A stretch of 64,000 bases of DNA from Candidatus Fermentithermobacillaceae bacterium (GTDB taxonomy: Bacteria > Bacillota > Sulfobacillia > Fermentithermobacillales > DUSS01). Below are positions 30,489 to 38,778 of this stretch, one piece after another. Under the pieces are notes generated by a model, which saw nothing but the letters and a program-made list of their open reading frames with translations, had not been told where the DNA came from and searched no databases. Location: NCBI GenBank assembly GCA_020725645.1, contig DYEQ01000076.1, positions 7,206-71,205 of the forward strand, in the 5' to 3' direction. Every line of letters starts with the position of its first letter. Positions within the stretch are counted from its first letter, which is position 1. A program made the position numbers and the translations under genes.

Positions 30489-31290
30489 GGTCACCCTCCC
30501 TCTCCGCGTTACGCTGGCCTGAACCTTCCGTCTGTGCGACATCCGGTTGTAGGCTGTCCTGTTGCCGTTCGCTGCCTGCGACGATCGTTCCCGAACTCGA
30601 CTCGGGACTGCCATCCGCTTGTAGAACACCGCCCGTCCAGGAAGCAGGACTCGTTCGGAGAACGTCAGCTGTTTGGGAAGCGCCACTCGTTTGAGAAAGG
30701 CGGCCTGTTTGCGAACCGCTTCCGCGACCGCCGTCGTCCAGCGCAAACATCAGGAATTTGGCCCTGAAAACCAGGTCTCCCCGGGACCGCGTCTCCACGA
30801 GGACCACCGATTTGTTGCCCTTGGTTCTTATCACCTGTGCTTTAGCTACCAGCTTTTCCCCGATGCGCACGGGGCGCTTGAACTTGAGGTTGGCGATGCC
30901 CGTGACGACACTGCCGGCGTCCATCACCGAAAAAGCTAGAGAATCAGCTTGAGCGAAAATGTAGTGGCTGCGGATGATGCCTGAGCGCTCGAAGGCCATC
31001 TCGGGAGTAGCTTCCATTACGGATATGGCCGATTTCCCCAGCTCAACGTCGAGGAGTTCGCCTATGATTTCCCGAGGCGGAAGAGATTTCACCCGGCTGT
31101 AAGCCATCTCGGCGAGCTTCTTGGTTCGCTCCCTTTGATCGGGTATACCCAGGGCCATCCGGTCAAGCCGTACCGTCTGAGGGCTCACACCGAAATGAGA
31201 GGCTAAGCTCTTGTCGGAGAGGAAGGGATTGCGGGAAAGCATCGCCCGGATTTCCGCCCGCCGCCTGTGACATGCATCTGTTTCTCTCAC
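30481..31290 (-). CDS. fapR: fatty acid/phospholipid biosynthesis regulator FapR, with an unusual ~75-aa low-complexity C-terminal extension
   Basis: The N-terminal HTH (LSRNPFLSDKSLASHFGVSPQTVRLDRMALGIPDQRERTK) is followed by a hot-dog thioesterase-like domain (FRAKFLMFAL), then a Gly/Ser/Gln-rich tail that runs to the plsX start. Confidence 0.8.
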   Translation of the reverse strand: MRETDACHRRRAEIRAMLSRNPFLSDKSLASHFGVSPQTVRLDRMALGIPDQRERTKKLAEMAYSRVKSLPPREIIGELLDVELGKSAISVMEATPEMAFERSGIIRSHYIFAQADSLAFSVMDAGSVVTGIANLKFKRPVRIGEKLVAKAQVIRTKGNKSVVLVETRSRGDLVFRAKFLMFALDDGGRGSGSQTGRLSQTSGASQTADVLRTSPASWTGGVLQADGSPESSSGTIVAGSERQQDSLQPDVAQTEGSGQRNAEREGDHA

Positions 31291-31384
31291 TGCCGTACTG
31301 CCTCCCTTTCGACGGTACCGTCAGCCGCTCGAACCCGCTTCCACGAGCTATCAGGGCCGGTCGTTTGCCGGGATAGGCTCGTCA

Positions 31385-31401
31385 TTAGTACTAGGTTATA
31401 A
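31385..31401. promoter_or_regulatory. Candidate FapR operator (TTAGTACTAGGTTATAA) upstream of fapR
   Basis: It resembles the Bacillus FapR box (a 17-bp inverted repeat of the TTAGTACC..GGTACTAA type) and lies about 100 bp upstream of the fapR start. Confidence 0.3.
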
Positions 31402-31501
31402 CATCTTACTTCAATGGGTTGATGTAATGCCCTAATTCTATAGCCGAGTATATACGGAGGACCGGAACGGAAGCAAGAGCTACTTTGATGCTTTCGCGTA
31501 G

Positions 31502-31714
31502 ACGAGTAAATTCGCAAAACATCATGGATTACGTTGTTTCCCAGGGGGTATCTTTGTGCGAAGATTCTTCGGAAAGCTGCACGGTCCCAAGGGGAGAGTC
31601 TTGTCGTCCTTGGCGAAGCGCGTGTTTCTCGATAAGAACCTGGCAGAATCCCTAGCCAAGATAGCAAGCTTTCGAAATCCACTGGTGCACGGATACGGAA
31701 GCGTGGATAAATAA
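31502..31714 (+). pseudogene. HEPN/DUF86 toxin relic (C-terminal motif preserved, no start codon)
   Basis: Own translation gives ...VLSSLAKRVFLDKNLAESLAKIASFRNPLVHGYGSVDK*. The R-N-x-L-V-H-x-Y-x-x-V-D HEPN motif is intact, but there is no in-frame ATG after the upstream TAG at 31499. A possible frameshifted continuation follows (MLRGNLTDVEAFFTKITKSL, 31727-). Confidence 0.3.
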
Positions 31715-31861
31715 GAGGATGCTTGACATGTTGCGCGGTAATCTCACCGATGTGGAGGCATTTTTCACCAAGATAACCAAGAGCTTGTGCGGAAAACGCC
31801 GGCGAGATCGGTTAAGCATCCTCCGGACTTGAGTTTTTAGCCAAGCAGGAGTTCCACTCGG

Positions 31862-32044
31862 CTACTTCTCCTTAACCTTCAGCACTTGTCTGCCGTTGTA
31901 GTACCCGCACTCCGGGCAAACTCTGTGCGGAACTATAAGCGCGTGGCATCTGGAACACTCGGCCAAAGAAGGTGTCTCGAGCTTCCAGTGCGCTCTTCGC
32001 ATATCCCTCTTGGAGGCGGACTTTCGTTTCTTGGGAACTGCCAT
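31862..32044 (-). CDS. rpmF: 50S ribosomal protein L32
   Basis: MAVPKKRKSASKRDMRRAHWKLETPSLAECSRCHALIVPHRVCPECGYYNGRQV is canonical L32. The start is Met 32044; the track ORF begins 31 codons further upstream. Confidence 0.85.
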   Translation of the reverse strand: MAVPKKRKSASKRDMRRAHWKLETPSLAECSRCHALIVPHRVCPECGYYNGRQVLKVKEK

Positions 32045-32081
32045 CTCGTTCCTCTCCTCTTGTTCAGCGGATTCGGCGGAC

Positions 32082-32840
32082 TCAACCGCCTTTGCCGGTC
32101 CGTTTATCGCTATCGTCACCGGTTTCACCCGTTTCACTAGCCTCGCCGGTTTTCCTGTCGGGTTTCAAAGCCTCCAGAAGCTTTTGGCCGAAAAGGCTCG
32201 GACCTTCTTCCTCCGGACGGCAAGAACAATCTCCTTCGTTGAGGTTCTTGCCGCATACAGGGCAGATTCCCTTACATTCCGGCCTGCACAACGGCTTCAT
32301 CGGCAGGCTGAGCGTGACCTCGGCGATGATCGTCCCGGAGATATCGGCCCGGTCTCCTTCTACAGGATACACGCCCATATCCGTCTCAAGAGCATCCTCG
32401 GGCCTAAAGACGTCTTCCTCTTCGTCCTCGTCGTTTTCAAATTGGGGTGCCGGTCCTCGTCCCCTTTCGGTTCGCCCCTCTTCCTTCTTTTCGAGGTCTT
32501 GGGTCTTTTCCAAGACCCCGGGGTCTACAAAGAGAGCTTCGAACCCAACATCAAACCGCTGGGTAAAGCGGGTAAGGCAGCGGGAACACTCGAGTTCAAC
32601 GGCCCCCGTGGCGTTCCCCTCTACGTAAATGCCGTTGCCCGTATTGGTCGCAACACCGCGAGCTCTCACGGGCTCTGGAAAACGAACCTCCGAGCCGCCC
32701 GCTACCACCGGGTCGAACCGTGACCGCTCGTCGAAAGCAGTGCTGGCGCCGACCTCGTCGATGATCTCGGAAAGGTCGATCTTCAATCTTTCATCCCCAG
32801 AACATGAGGGATTATACCCAGCGCCGGGTAGGGGTGTCAA
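32082..32840 (-). CDS. yceD: YceD/YlbN (DUF177) family protein
   Basis: It sits directly upstream of rpmF, the conserved position. The two Cys pairs (ELECSRCLTRF...CRPECKGICPVCGKNLNEGDCSC) flank an acidic insertion. Confidence 0.75.
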   Translation of the reverse strand: MTPLPGAGYNPSCSGDERLKIDLSEIIDEVGASTAFDERSRFDPVVAGGSEVRFPEPVRARGVATNTGNGIYVEGNATGAVELECSRCLTRFTQRFDVGFEALFVDPGVLEKTQDLEKKEEGRTERGRGPAPQFENDEDEEEDVFRPEDALETDMGVYPVEGDRADISGTIIAEVTLSLPMKPLCRPECKGICPVCGKNLNEGDCSCRPEEEGPSLFGQKLLEALKPDRKTGEASETGETGDDSDKRTGKGG

Positions 32841-32992
32841 GCAAGCGAATTGCCTCAGCGAAAATCTAAACGAAAGTGAATCGTTGCCTCACCTGAGGAT
32901 CTAAACGAATTACGACCCCCACAAGAGTTGCGGCGGGGGGCGAGGAAGGTGGGGCTGTCAATGAAGACCTGAACGGTGCCACCACAGACCCG

Positions 32993-33805
32993 CTACTTAC
33001 CGGACACCTCCCGCAATGCTTGAAGAGCTTCCGAACAGTTTCGCACCGGCAGGATTTTCATGGTCCCGGCATATTTCCTGGCGGACAGTTCGTTCTGCCA
33101 GGGGACGATGAAGTACTGAATTCCCGCAGCCCTGGCAGCCATGGTTTTCTGTTCTATGCCACCCACCGCTGCCACGCTCCCATCGGGACGCAGGATGCCG
33201 GTCCCGGCGACCTTCCCCACGGGTTTGAGCTCATCGGGCCTGAGCCGGGATGATATCTCCAGAAAGAACATCAGGCCCGCCGAAGGGCCCCCGATATCGG
33301 CCGTATCCAGCGTAACCTTTAAAGGAGACTCCTCTTCCGGAGTCACGGGATAACCCGACATCTCCAACGCGAGCTCCACTGCCAGCCGTTGACTCTCTTC
33401 CATCTGCTCCCGGGCCCTTTTGCTATATTCCTGGAGACTCAGCCCGCCGAGGATCGCTTCTTTACTCCACAGCGCTGCCCGAGGACTCACGGCAGCGTAA
33501 AGCGCCTCGTACAAGTTGGCTTCCTTTACCATCACGAGAACCATATACAACCGGCCGCTTGAGGGCGGGTGTCCCTCCACCGATACCATTTCCTGCATGG
33601 GTCTTACCGGGCCGGGGTAAACGGCCAGATAACCGGTGGGCACGAAATACAGAGCTACCAGTACGGCGATCATACCCGCGGCGCAAAGCAGAACCCTCCG
33701 GTTGTCCTTGAACCACCGGAAGATTCGTTTAAACCAACGAGGTTTTCGGGCCTTTTGAAAGTCTCCGAACTCGCGGAAATCACCCTGGGAGCGCAACCGA
33801 AACAC
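32993..33805 (-). CDS. ylbL: Lon-like S16 peptidase of the YlbL/SepM family (PDZ domain not evident)
   Basis: An N-terminal TM helix (VLLCAAGMIAVLVALYFVP) and a Lon protease catalytic region (DTADIGGPSAGLMFFLEI...KPVGKVAGTGILRPDGSVAAVGGIEQK) are present. Confidence 0.7.
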   Translation of the reverse strand: MFRLRSQGDFREFGDFQKARKPRWFKRIFRWFKDNRRVLLCAAGMIAVLVALYFVPTGYLAVYPGPVRPMQEMVSVEGHPPSSGRLYMVLVMVKEANLYEALYAAVSPRAALWSKEAILGGLSLQEYSKRAREQMEESQRLAVELALEMSGYPVTPEEESPLKVTLDTADIGGPSAGLMFFLEISSRLRPDELKPVGKVAGTGILRPDGSVAAVGGIEQKTMAARAAGIQYFIVPWQNELSARKYAGTMKILPVRNCSEALQALREVSGK

Positions 33806-33889
33806 GCCATATCCCTTCTTTCGAATCGACCTCGAATAGCTCTTCCTTTAGACCAATATAGATTTCATGTGAACGAGGGAGGTCCCGGC

Positions 33890-35167
33890 ATGCAGGTAAT
33901 CGGAATCATCCTGGCCATCGGCCTTTTCGCATTCTCCCTGCCACTGCTCCTTCGAAAAAGAGATGCGGTCATTTCCCTGAGTCTCGCCGGACTCGTGGCC
34001 GCCATAGCTCTATCCATGGTTCTATTCCCGGAACCCTCGTTTAATGCGGCCGAGAGAGGGATCAAGGTTTGGTGGGATATCGTCCTCCCCGCCCTCCTCC
34101 CGTTCTTCATCGCCGCTGAACTGCTCATGAGCTTGGGCGTGGTGCATTTCATGGGCGTCCTCATGGAACCCATCATGAGACCTCTGTTCAACGTTCCCGG
34201 GACGGGTTCCTTCGTCCTGGCCATGGGCCTCGCGTCCGGGTACCCGCTGGGTGCGGCGCTGTCAGCGCGCCTAAAGGACAACGGAATGGCATCGAAGACT
34301 GAAGCCGAAAGACTCATGTGCTTCGCCAATACATCGGACCCCTTGTTTATGACCGGCGCGGTCGCAATTGGGATGTTCAAAAGGAAGGACATAGCTGGCA
34401 TAATACTGGCAGCTCATTATTTGTCGGCGCTACTGGTGGGGTTTGCCCTTAGGTTCTGGCGACGGGGTCGCGACTGGAGCCCGCCGATAGAACAGGAGAG
34501 CCAGGGATTCATAGTCGTTCGTGCTCTCAGGACCATGAGGGCCGCGCAGCGCAAAAACCCCAAGCCCTTCGGGGAACTTTTGGGGGACGCGGTGAAGAAG
34601 TCCGTGAATACCCTCCTCATAATCCTCGGATTCATAGTGCTGTTTTCCGTGATATTCGAACTTATGAAGCTATCTGGGGCCATAGCCATCCTATCCAACG
34701 TAATCTTCCGTCTCGCTCCCAAGGCCCTTTTCCCGCAGGAGCTTCACGAAGCACTGCTCAGCGGCTTCTTCGAGATCACCATCGGAACGTCGGCCGCAAG
34801 CCAAGCTGAATCGCTCCTCCCCTATAAGGTGGCGGCCTGCAGTGCCATCATAGCCTGGAGCGGCCTCTCCGTTCACGCCCAGGTAGCGGCGGTAATTCAG
34901 GGGTCGGGCCTATCGGTATGGCCGTACACTGCCGCACGGGCGTTTCAGGGAGTCCTTGCTGCAGCTTTTACTCTCCTGTTCATGAACCCGTCGTCGCCTA
35001 GATGGGCTGTGCCCGCGTTCGAACCGGTGATCCTCACGGGGCCGTTGGCTTGGTTTTCTAACCTGGGGTCATCGATGAGCTTGTGTCTGGTCATAACGGG
35101 AGGAGTTTTCGCTGCATCTTTGGCGAGCTTGATCGTCCATGCCGTTAAGAGAAACCTCGGACGCTGA
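33890..35167 (+). CDS. ylbJ: sporulation integral membrane protein YlbJ family (nucleoside-recognition/Gate domains)
   Basis: The start ATG is at 33890, with RBS GAGGGAGG. It is a ~425-aa polytopic membrane protein in the conserved ylb neighbourhood (yceD-ylbL-ylbJ-coaD). The track ORF starts 107 codons upstream without a hydrophobic N-terminus. Confidence 0.6.
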   Translation: MQVIGIILAIGLFAFSLPLLLRKRDAVISLSLAGLVAAIALSMVLFPEPSFNAAERGIKVWWDIVLPALLPFFIAAELLMSLGVVHFMGVLMEPIMRPLFNVPGTGSFVLAMGLASGYPLGAALSARLKDNGMASKTEAERLMCFANTSDPLFMTGAVAIGMFKRKDIAGIILAAHYLSALLVGFALRFWRRGRDWSPPIEQESQGFIVVRALRTMRAAQRKNPKPFGELLGDAVKKSVNTLLIILGFIVLFSVIFELMKLSGAIAILSNVIFRLAPKALFPQELHEALLSGFFEITIGTSAASQAESLLPYKVAACSAIIAWSGLSVHAQVAAVIQGSGLSVWPYTAARAFQGVLAAAFTLLFMNPSSPRWAVPAFEPVILTGPLAWFSNLGSSMSLCLVITGGVFAASLASLIVHAVKRNLGR

Positions 35168-35298
35168 GCCGTCTTGGCCCTCATTCCAGCTGTTTCGCGC
35201 GGACGTACCGGAGGATGACCTGGGCGCGGTCCAATAACCTGGTTGACCACGGGTGCGTCCAAAAGCCCGAGCGGGAGTGATTCTTTGGCTTACTCCTC

Positions 35299-35958
35299 TT
35301 ACTCCTCTTCCTCCTCGCCGTCTCTGTCCTGAACGCCTGGCATCTCGTTTTCTTCCAGTGAGCTGTCCGGTGCCGGGGGCGAAGATACGTCAAGCTGCCT
35401 TCGCCCCTCTCTCACCGCCTCGAGAACCTCGCTCAAGACTCGTTCCACCCTGAGCATCAGTTCATCCGCATATTGTCTGGAACCAAAGGTGATTTGCCGG
35501 GCCACTTCCCTAGCTTTGTGAAGGAGCTCATCCGCCTGCACTTTCGCTTCCCGGACGATAACCGATTCCGAAGCGATGGTAGCTATCTGCCCCTGGGCAT
35601 CCCTGATTATCTCCTCAGCTTCCTTGCGCGCGTCTGCAAGGATGCGCTCACGTTCTTTCAAAAGCCACCGCGCCTGCTCCACTTCCTGAGGAAGAGCGGC
35701 GCGAATATCGTCGATCAATCCGAACACCTCATCCTCGTCTACCAGGAGCTTACCCACCAGGGGAACGCGCGGGCACTCCGAGAGGTAGCTGTCAAGCTTA
35801 TCAAGGAGGGTCAGGATGTCCACGGGAATCACCTCGTATATTGCGGGAATCTCCTGTGCAAACCAGGATATCACCACATCATGGGATCCTACGAATGTCT
35901 TCGGAACTTGTCTCTGAGCTTCGGAAGGACGTTGGGAGGAACCAAGCCTTCCACGCAC
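35299..35958 (-). CDS. coiled-coil protein with an acidic C-terminus (F0 b-subunit/DivIVA-like heptads); function unknown
   Basis: It carries heptad-rich segments (ARWLLKERERILADARKEAEEIIRDAQGQIATIASE...KVQADELLHKAREVARQ) and a poly-Glu tail. The annotated start overlaps the coaD 3' end, so an internal start is likely. Confidence 0.35.
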   Translation of the reverse strand: MRGRLGSSQRPSEAQRQVPKTFVGSHDVVISWFAQEIPAIYEVIPVDILTLLDKLDSYLSECPRVPLVGKLLVDEDEVFGLIDDIRAALPQEVEQARWLLKERERILADARKEAEEIIRDAQGQIATIASESVIVREAKVQADELLHKAREVARQITFGSRQYADELMLRVERVLSEVLEAVREGRRQLDVSSPPAPDSSLEENEMPGVQDRDGEEEEE

Positions 35959-36398
35959 CCGCCGTAGGAAACCGTCTCCTTGACGAGACTTGAGCTCAAA
36001 AACAGGTACTCCACCGACGTCATCATGAACAGAGTATCGACCTCGGGAGCGAGTTTCTTGTTCATGAGCGCCATCTTAAACTCGTAATCGAAGTCGGATA
36101 CGGCGCGAAGCCCTTTGATGATCACCTGGATTCCGTGCTTGCGGGCGAAGTCCACGAGCAGCCCTGATGAACACGAGACTTTCACATTCTCCATGCCTTT
36201 GCAAGCCTCGACGAGCATTTCGACCCTTTCCTCCGCGGTGAAAAGCGGCGATTTTCCGACATTTTCGAAAACGACTACGTAAAGCTCGTCAAATATCCTC
36301 GATGCCCGCTTTATGATATCCAGATGACCGCAGGTGACCGGGTCGAAACTACCCGGATATATCGCACGCTTCAACTTCCCCTTCCTCTCTTTCCACAA
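35889..36398 (-). CDS. coaD: phosphopantetheine adenylyltransferase
   Basis: The blocks AIYPGSFDPVTCGHLDIIKRAS, VVVFENVGKSPLFTAEERVEM and ISSSLVKE are conserved PPAT sequence. Confidence 0.9.
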   Translation of the reverse strand: MWKERKGKLKRAIYPGSFDPVTCGHLDIIKRASRIFDELYVVVFENVGKSPLFTAEERVEMLVEACKGMENVKVSCSSGLLVDFARKHGIQVIIKGLRAVSDFDYEFKMALMNKKLAPEVDTLFMMTSVEYLFLSSSLVKETVSYGGCVEGLVPPNVLPKLRDKFRRHS

Positions 36399-36803
36399 GC
36401 CACTCTGACCTGCTATGCTTCAGTCCCAAAAAACCGCCTTGTTTTTCTCTTTAATGAATAAAACTTCTTTCGGCGGTCCACAATACCCTTTGAGAGTCGG
36501 GGTTGAGCGGAAGCTCACCCAACAGGCTCTTCCTCCGGTTTCTCCTCTCCCAATGCCGCTCATTTTGAGCGGCATTTGACTTTCTGCGAAGACCAAGAAC
36601 CGGATAAGCTCCGGAAAACGTTTCTACAAAAACGCTCTGAAAACCTCCGTGATTTCTGCGGCCGGCCCCGATTGTCCCTCGACGTAACAGGGATAAAGTG
36701 CCCGTCGCCCCCCAACGTGACCCACCACTCATCATCACTTGAAAAGCAGTCATGGCCAATGTGGGTCATGACGTACGTAATGTGAGACACCAGCCACCAC
36801 TCA

Positions 36804-37241
36804 TCATTGCCTCAACAGGAGCCATGCCCCGAGGCCGAACAACACAGCGCCGAGCGCCTTGAGGGGAGTAAACGATATCTTTGTGCCCAGCAAACCTGCG
36901 AGGTCCAAAAGGAGAGCGGTGCTGATTTGAGTGAAGAGAATCGCAGTGGTAGCAGGTGCAACTCCAAGTCTTCCAACGCTGGAGAGCACCCCCCAGATGA
37001 TGAGAACGTTCAGCGGTCCGCCCAAGAACGCATACCAGGGGCTTTCTTTGATTTTGCCAAAGCTCCCGTCACCCGGCGCGAGAAGCAAAACCATTCCGAG
37101 AAGGATTGTCCCTATAACATGGACTATAAACGACGCATGAAACGAGCCGACTTTCTTGCCCAGGATCGCATTGAACGCCCCCTGCAATGCCATAGAGCTC
37201 CCCGCCAGGGACGCCACGAGGAATGCGATGAGCGGTCTCAA
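36804..37241 (-). CDS. small DMT-superfamily membrane protein (DUF606/YdcZ-like)
   Basis: 145-aa ORF with four or five hydrophobic helices and a pattern resembling EamA-like half transporters. Confidence 0.5.
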   Translation of the reverse strand: MRPLIAFLVASLAGSSMALQGAFNAILGKKVGSFHASFIVHVIGTILLGMVLLLAPGDGSFGKIKESPWYAFLGGPLNVLIIWGVLSSVGRLGVAPATTAILFTQISTALLLDLAGLLGTKISFTPLKALGAVLFGLGAWLLLRQ

Positions 37242-37289
37242 CTCTAAAGTCCCCCTTTGCTATCGAACGTTTCACCGGAACACCGCCGC

Positions 37290-37487
37290 GCTACGGGTCC
37301 TGTGCGAATTCCTCCGGTTAGAACACACGTGCTCTCAGCCGCTCATCCAACACACCTACTGCGCAACGAGTCCTATGCGAATTCCTGCGGTTGGAATACA
37401 GGCCCTCTCACGCTTTACTCAACACACCCACGGCGCGACAGGTCCAAAGCGAATTCCTCCGGTGGGAACTTGCTATAATTACCGGGT
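37290..37487. repeat. Three tandem ~72-bp direct repeats upstream of gpr (core tgcgaattcctccggtt[a/g]gaa); the last copy ends in an extended -10 TGCTATAAT
   Basis: I aligned the three units by eye: 37290-37364, 37365-37436 and 37437-37487 (a partial third unit), at roughly 75% identity. TGCTATAAT lies at 37471-37479. Confidence 0.7.
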
Positions 37488-37699
37488 CAGGCCTGGTGAG
37501 CTCTTCGCAATGGATCCCATGGGAATTTCCCCGGTTGCAACTTGGCCGGTGCCGGCTGGCCCCGGGCACAAACGTCTCTACCCAGAAACTTCCTTGGAGC
37601 ACCTCCGGAAGGTTAGATCTTTAAACTGGAATAAGCTTCACCTACCGGGAGAAAGATTAACCGCGAAAGTTCACGGCACGTCTTTTCGGGGGGATCGCT

Positions 37700-38665
37700 A
37701 TGGCAGCACCACCCATCGCGCAGGACCAGTGGCAGGACCCATGGAGCGAAAGAACAGATCTGGCCCTGGAGAGAGCGGTCATGGCTCAACAGAGGATGGG
37801 TCAGATCCCAGGCCTTCTCACCACCGAGGACTCCACCGATGGGATTAAAATCACCAGGGTCAAGGTTACGACCCCGCAAGCAGCACAAGCCGTAGGCAAG
37901 CCTCCCGGCAATTACGTAACGGTTGAATGCCCCGACTTGCGGTTTCGAAGCAGGGTTACCTTGAAGAAAGTTGCAGATGTGGTAGCATCCGAGCTTACAG
38001 CTATGGCGGGTCTTCCCAGGCAAGGTGACGTCCTCATAGTGGGGCTGGGCAACTGGCAAGCTACACCCGACGCCCTCGGACCGAAGGTCGTTTCCCAACT
38101 CATGGTCACGCGGCATATCAGAGAGTTCATTCCTCAGGAGCTGGGAGGCAGGCTTTACCCCGTGGCCGCGATCTCTCCCGGTGTCTTGGGGATTACCGGG
38201 ATAGAGACTATAGATATAGTAACAGGGGTTGTCCGGCAGATCCGTCCGGAACTGGTGATAACGGTAGATGCCCTTGCGGCAAGAAGCGTTTCCAGGCTCA
38301 TCACCACCATTCAACTGGCAGATACGGGAATCCAGCCGGGTTCGGGCGTGGGAAACCGGCGACCCGGCATAAACCAGGAGACTCTCGGAGTACCGGTTGT
38401 GGCGATAGGGGTTCCGACGGTGGTCAGCGGAGCTTCCATAGCCGTCGAGGTTTTAAACGGGTACTTCCAAAAGTATAACCCGCACGCGACAGCGACCGTC
38501 GATTCGGTGATGGACTTCCTCACCGCGGACCTGCATGACCTCATGGTTACACCGAAAGATATCGACGTGGAAATTCTGGAAATGTCCAAGCTCCTGGCGG
38601 GCGTCTTAAATCACGCGACGCAACCGGCTGTTAGCGAAGAAGAAATACTGGACTATCTCCAGTGA
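37700..38665 (+). CDS. gpr: germination protease (spore protease GPR, SASP-degrading)
   Basis: GPR family blocks are present: RTDLALERAV near the N-terminus, VLIVGLGNWQATPDALGP, ISPGVLGITGIET, TVDALAARS, QLADTGIQPGSGVGN and VPVVAIGVPTVV. Confidence 0.8.
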   Translation: MAAPPIAQDQWQDPWSERTDLALERAVMAQQRMGQIPGLLTTEDSTDGIKITRVKVTTPQAAQAVGKPPGNYVTVECPDLRFRSRVTLKKVADVVASELTAMAGLPRQGDVLIVGLGNWQATPDALGPKVVSQLMVTRHIREFIPQELGGRLYPVAAISPGVLGITGIETIDIVTGVVRQIRPELVITVDALAARSVSRLITTIQLADTGIQPGSGVGNRRPGINQETLGVPVVAIGVPTVVSGASIAVEVLNGYFQKYNPHATATVDSVMDFLTADLHDLMVTPKDIDVEILEMSKLLAGVLNHATQPAVSEEEILDYLQ

Positions 38666-38778
38666 CCATTTCCGCTCCTCTCGCTTGTAGATGTGCACTA
38701 TCGTGCAGGTCACACCCAGTGTTAGCCTACGTGTAACGACTGCGGGAACCGGGCTCACGCGGTTCCACAAACACTCCG

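Noticed and set aside
36552-36576. Perfect 11-bp stem hairpin AATGCCGCTCA-TTT-TGAGCGGCATT in the coaD upstream region
   Set aside because: On the + strand there is no upstream gene to terminate. On the minus strand it is followed by GGGAGAGG rather than a U-tract. I note it only as a possible regulatory hairpin.
37156-37848. 230-aa + strand ORF spanning the ~72-bp repeats and the gpr start
   Set aside because: The repetitive translation comes from the tandem DNA repeats. It overlaps the well-supported gpr frame and has no homology.
38744-38767. GGGAACCG...CGGTTCC hairpin just after gpr as a rho-independent terminator
   Set aside because: No T-rich tract follows on either strand. It may still contribute to termination, but the evidence is insufficient.
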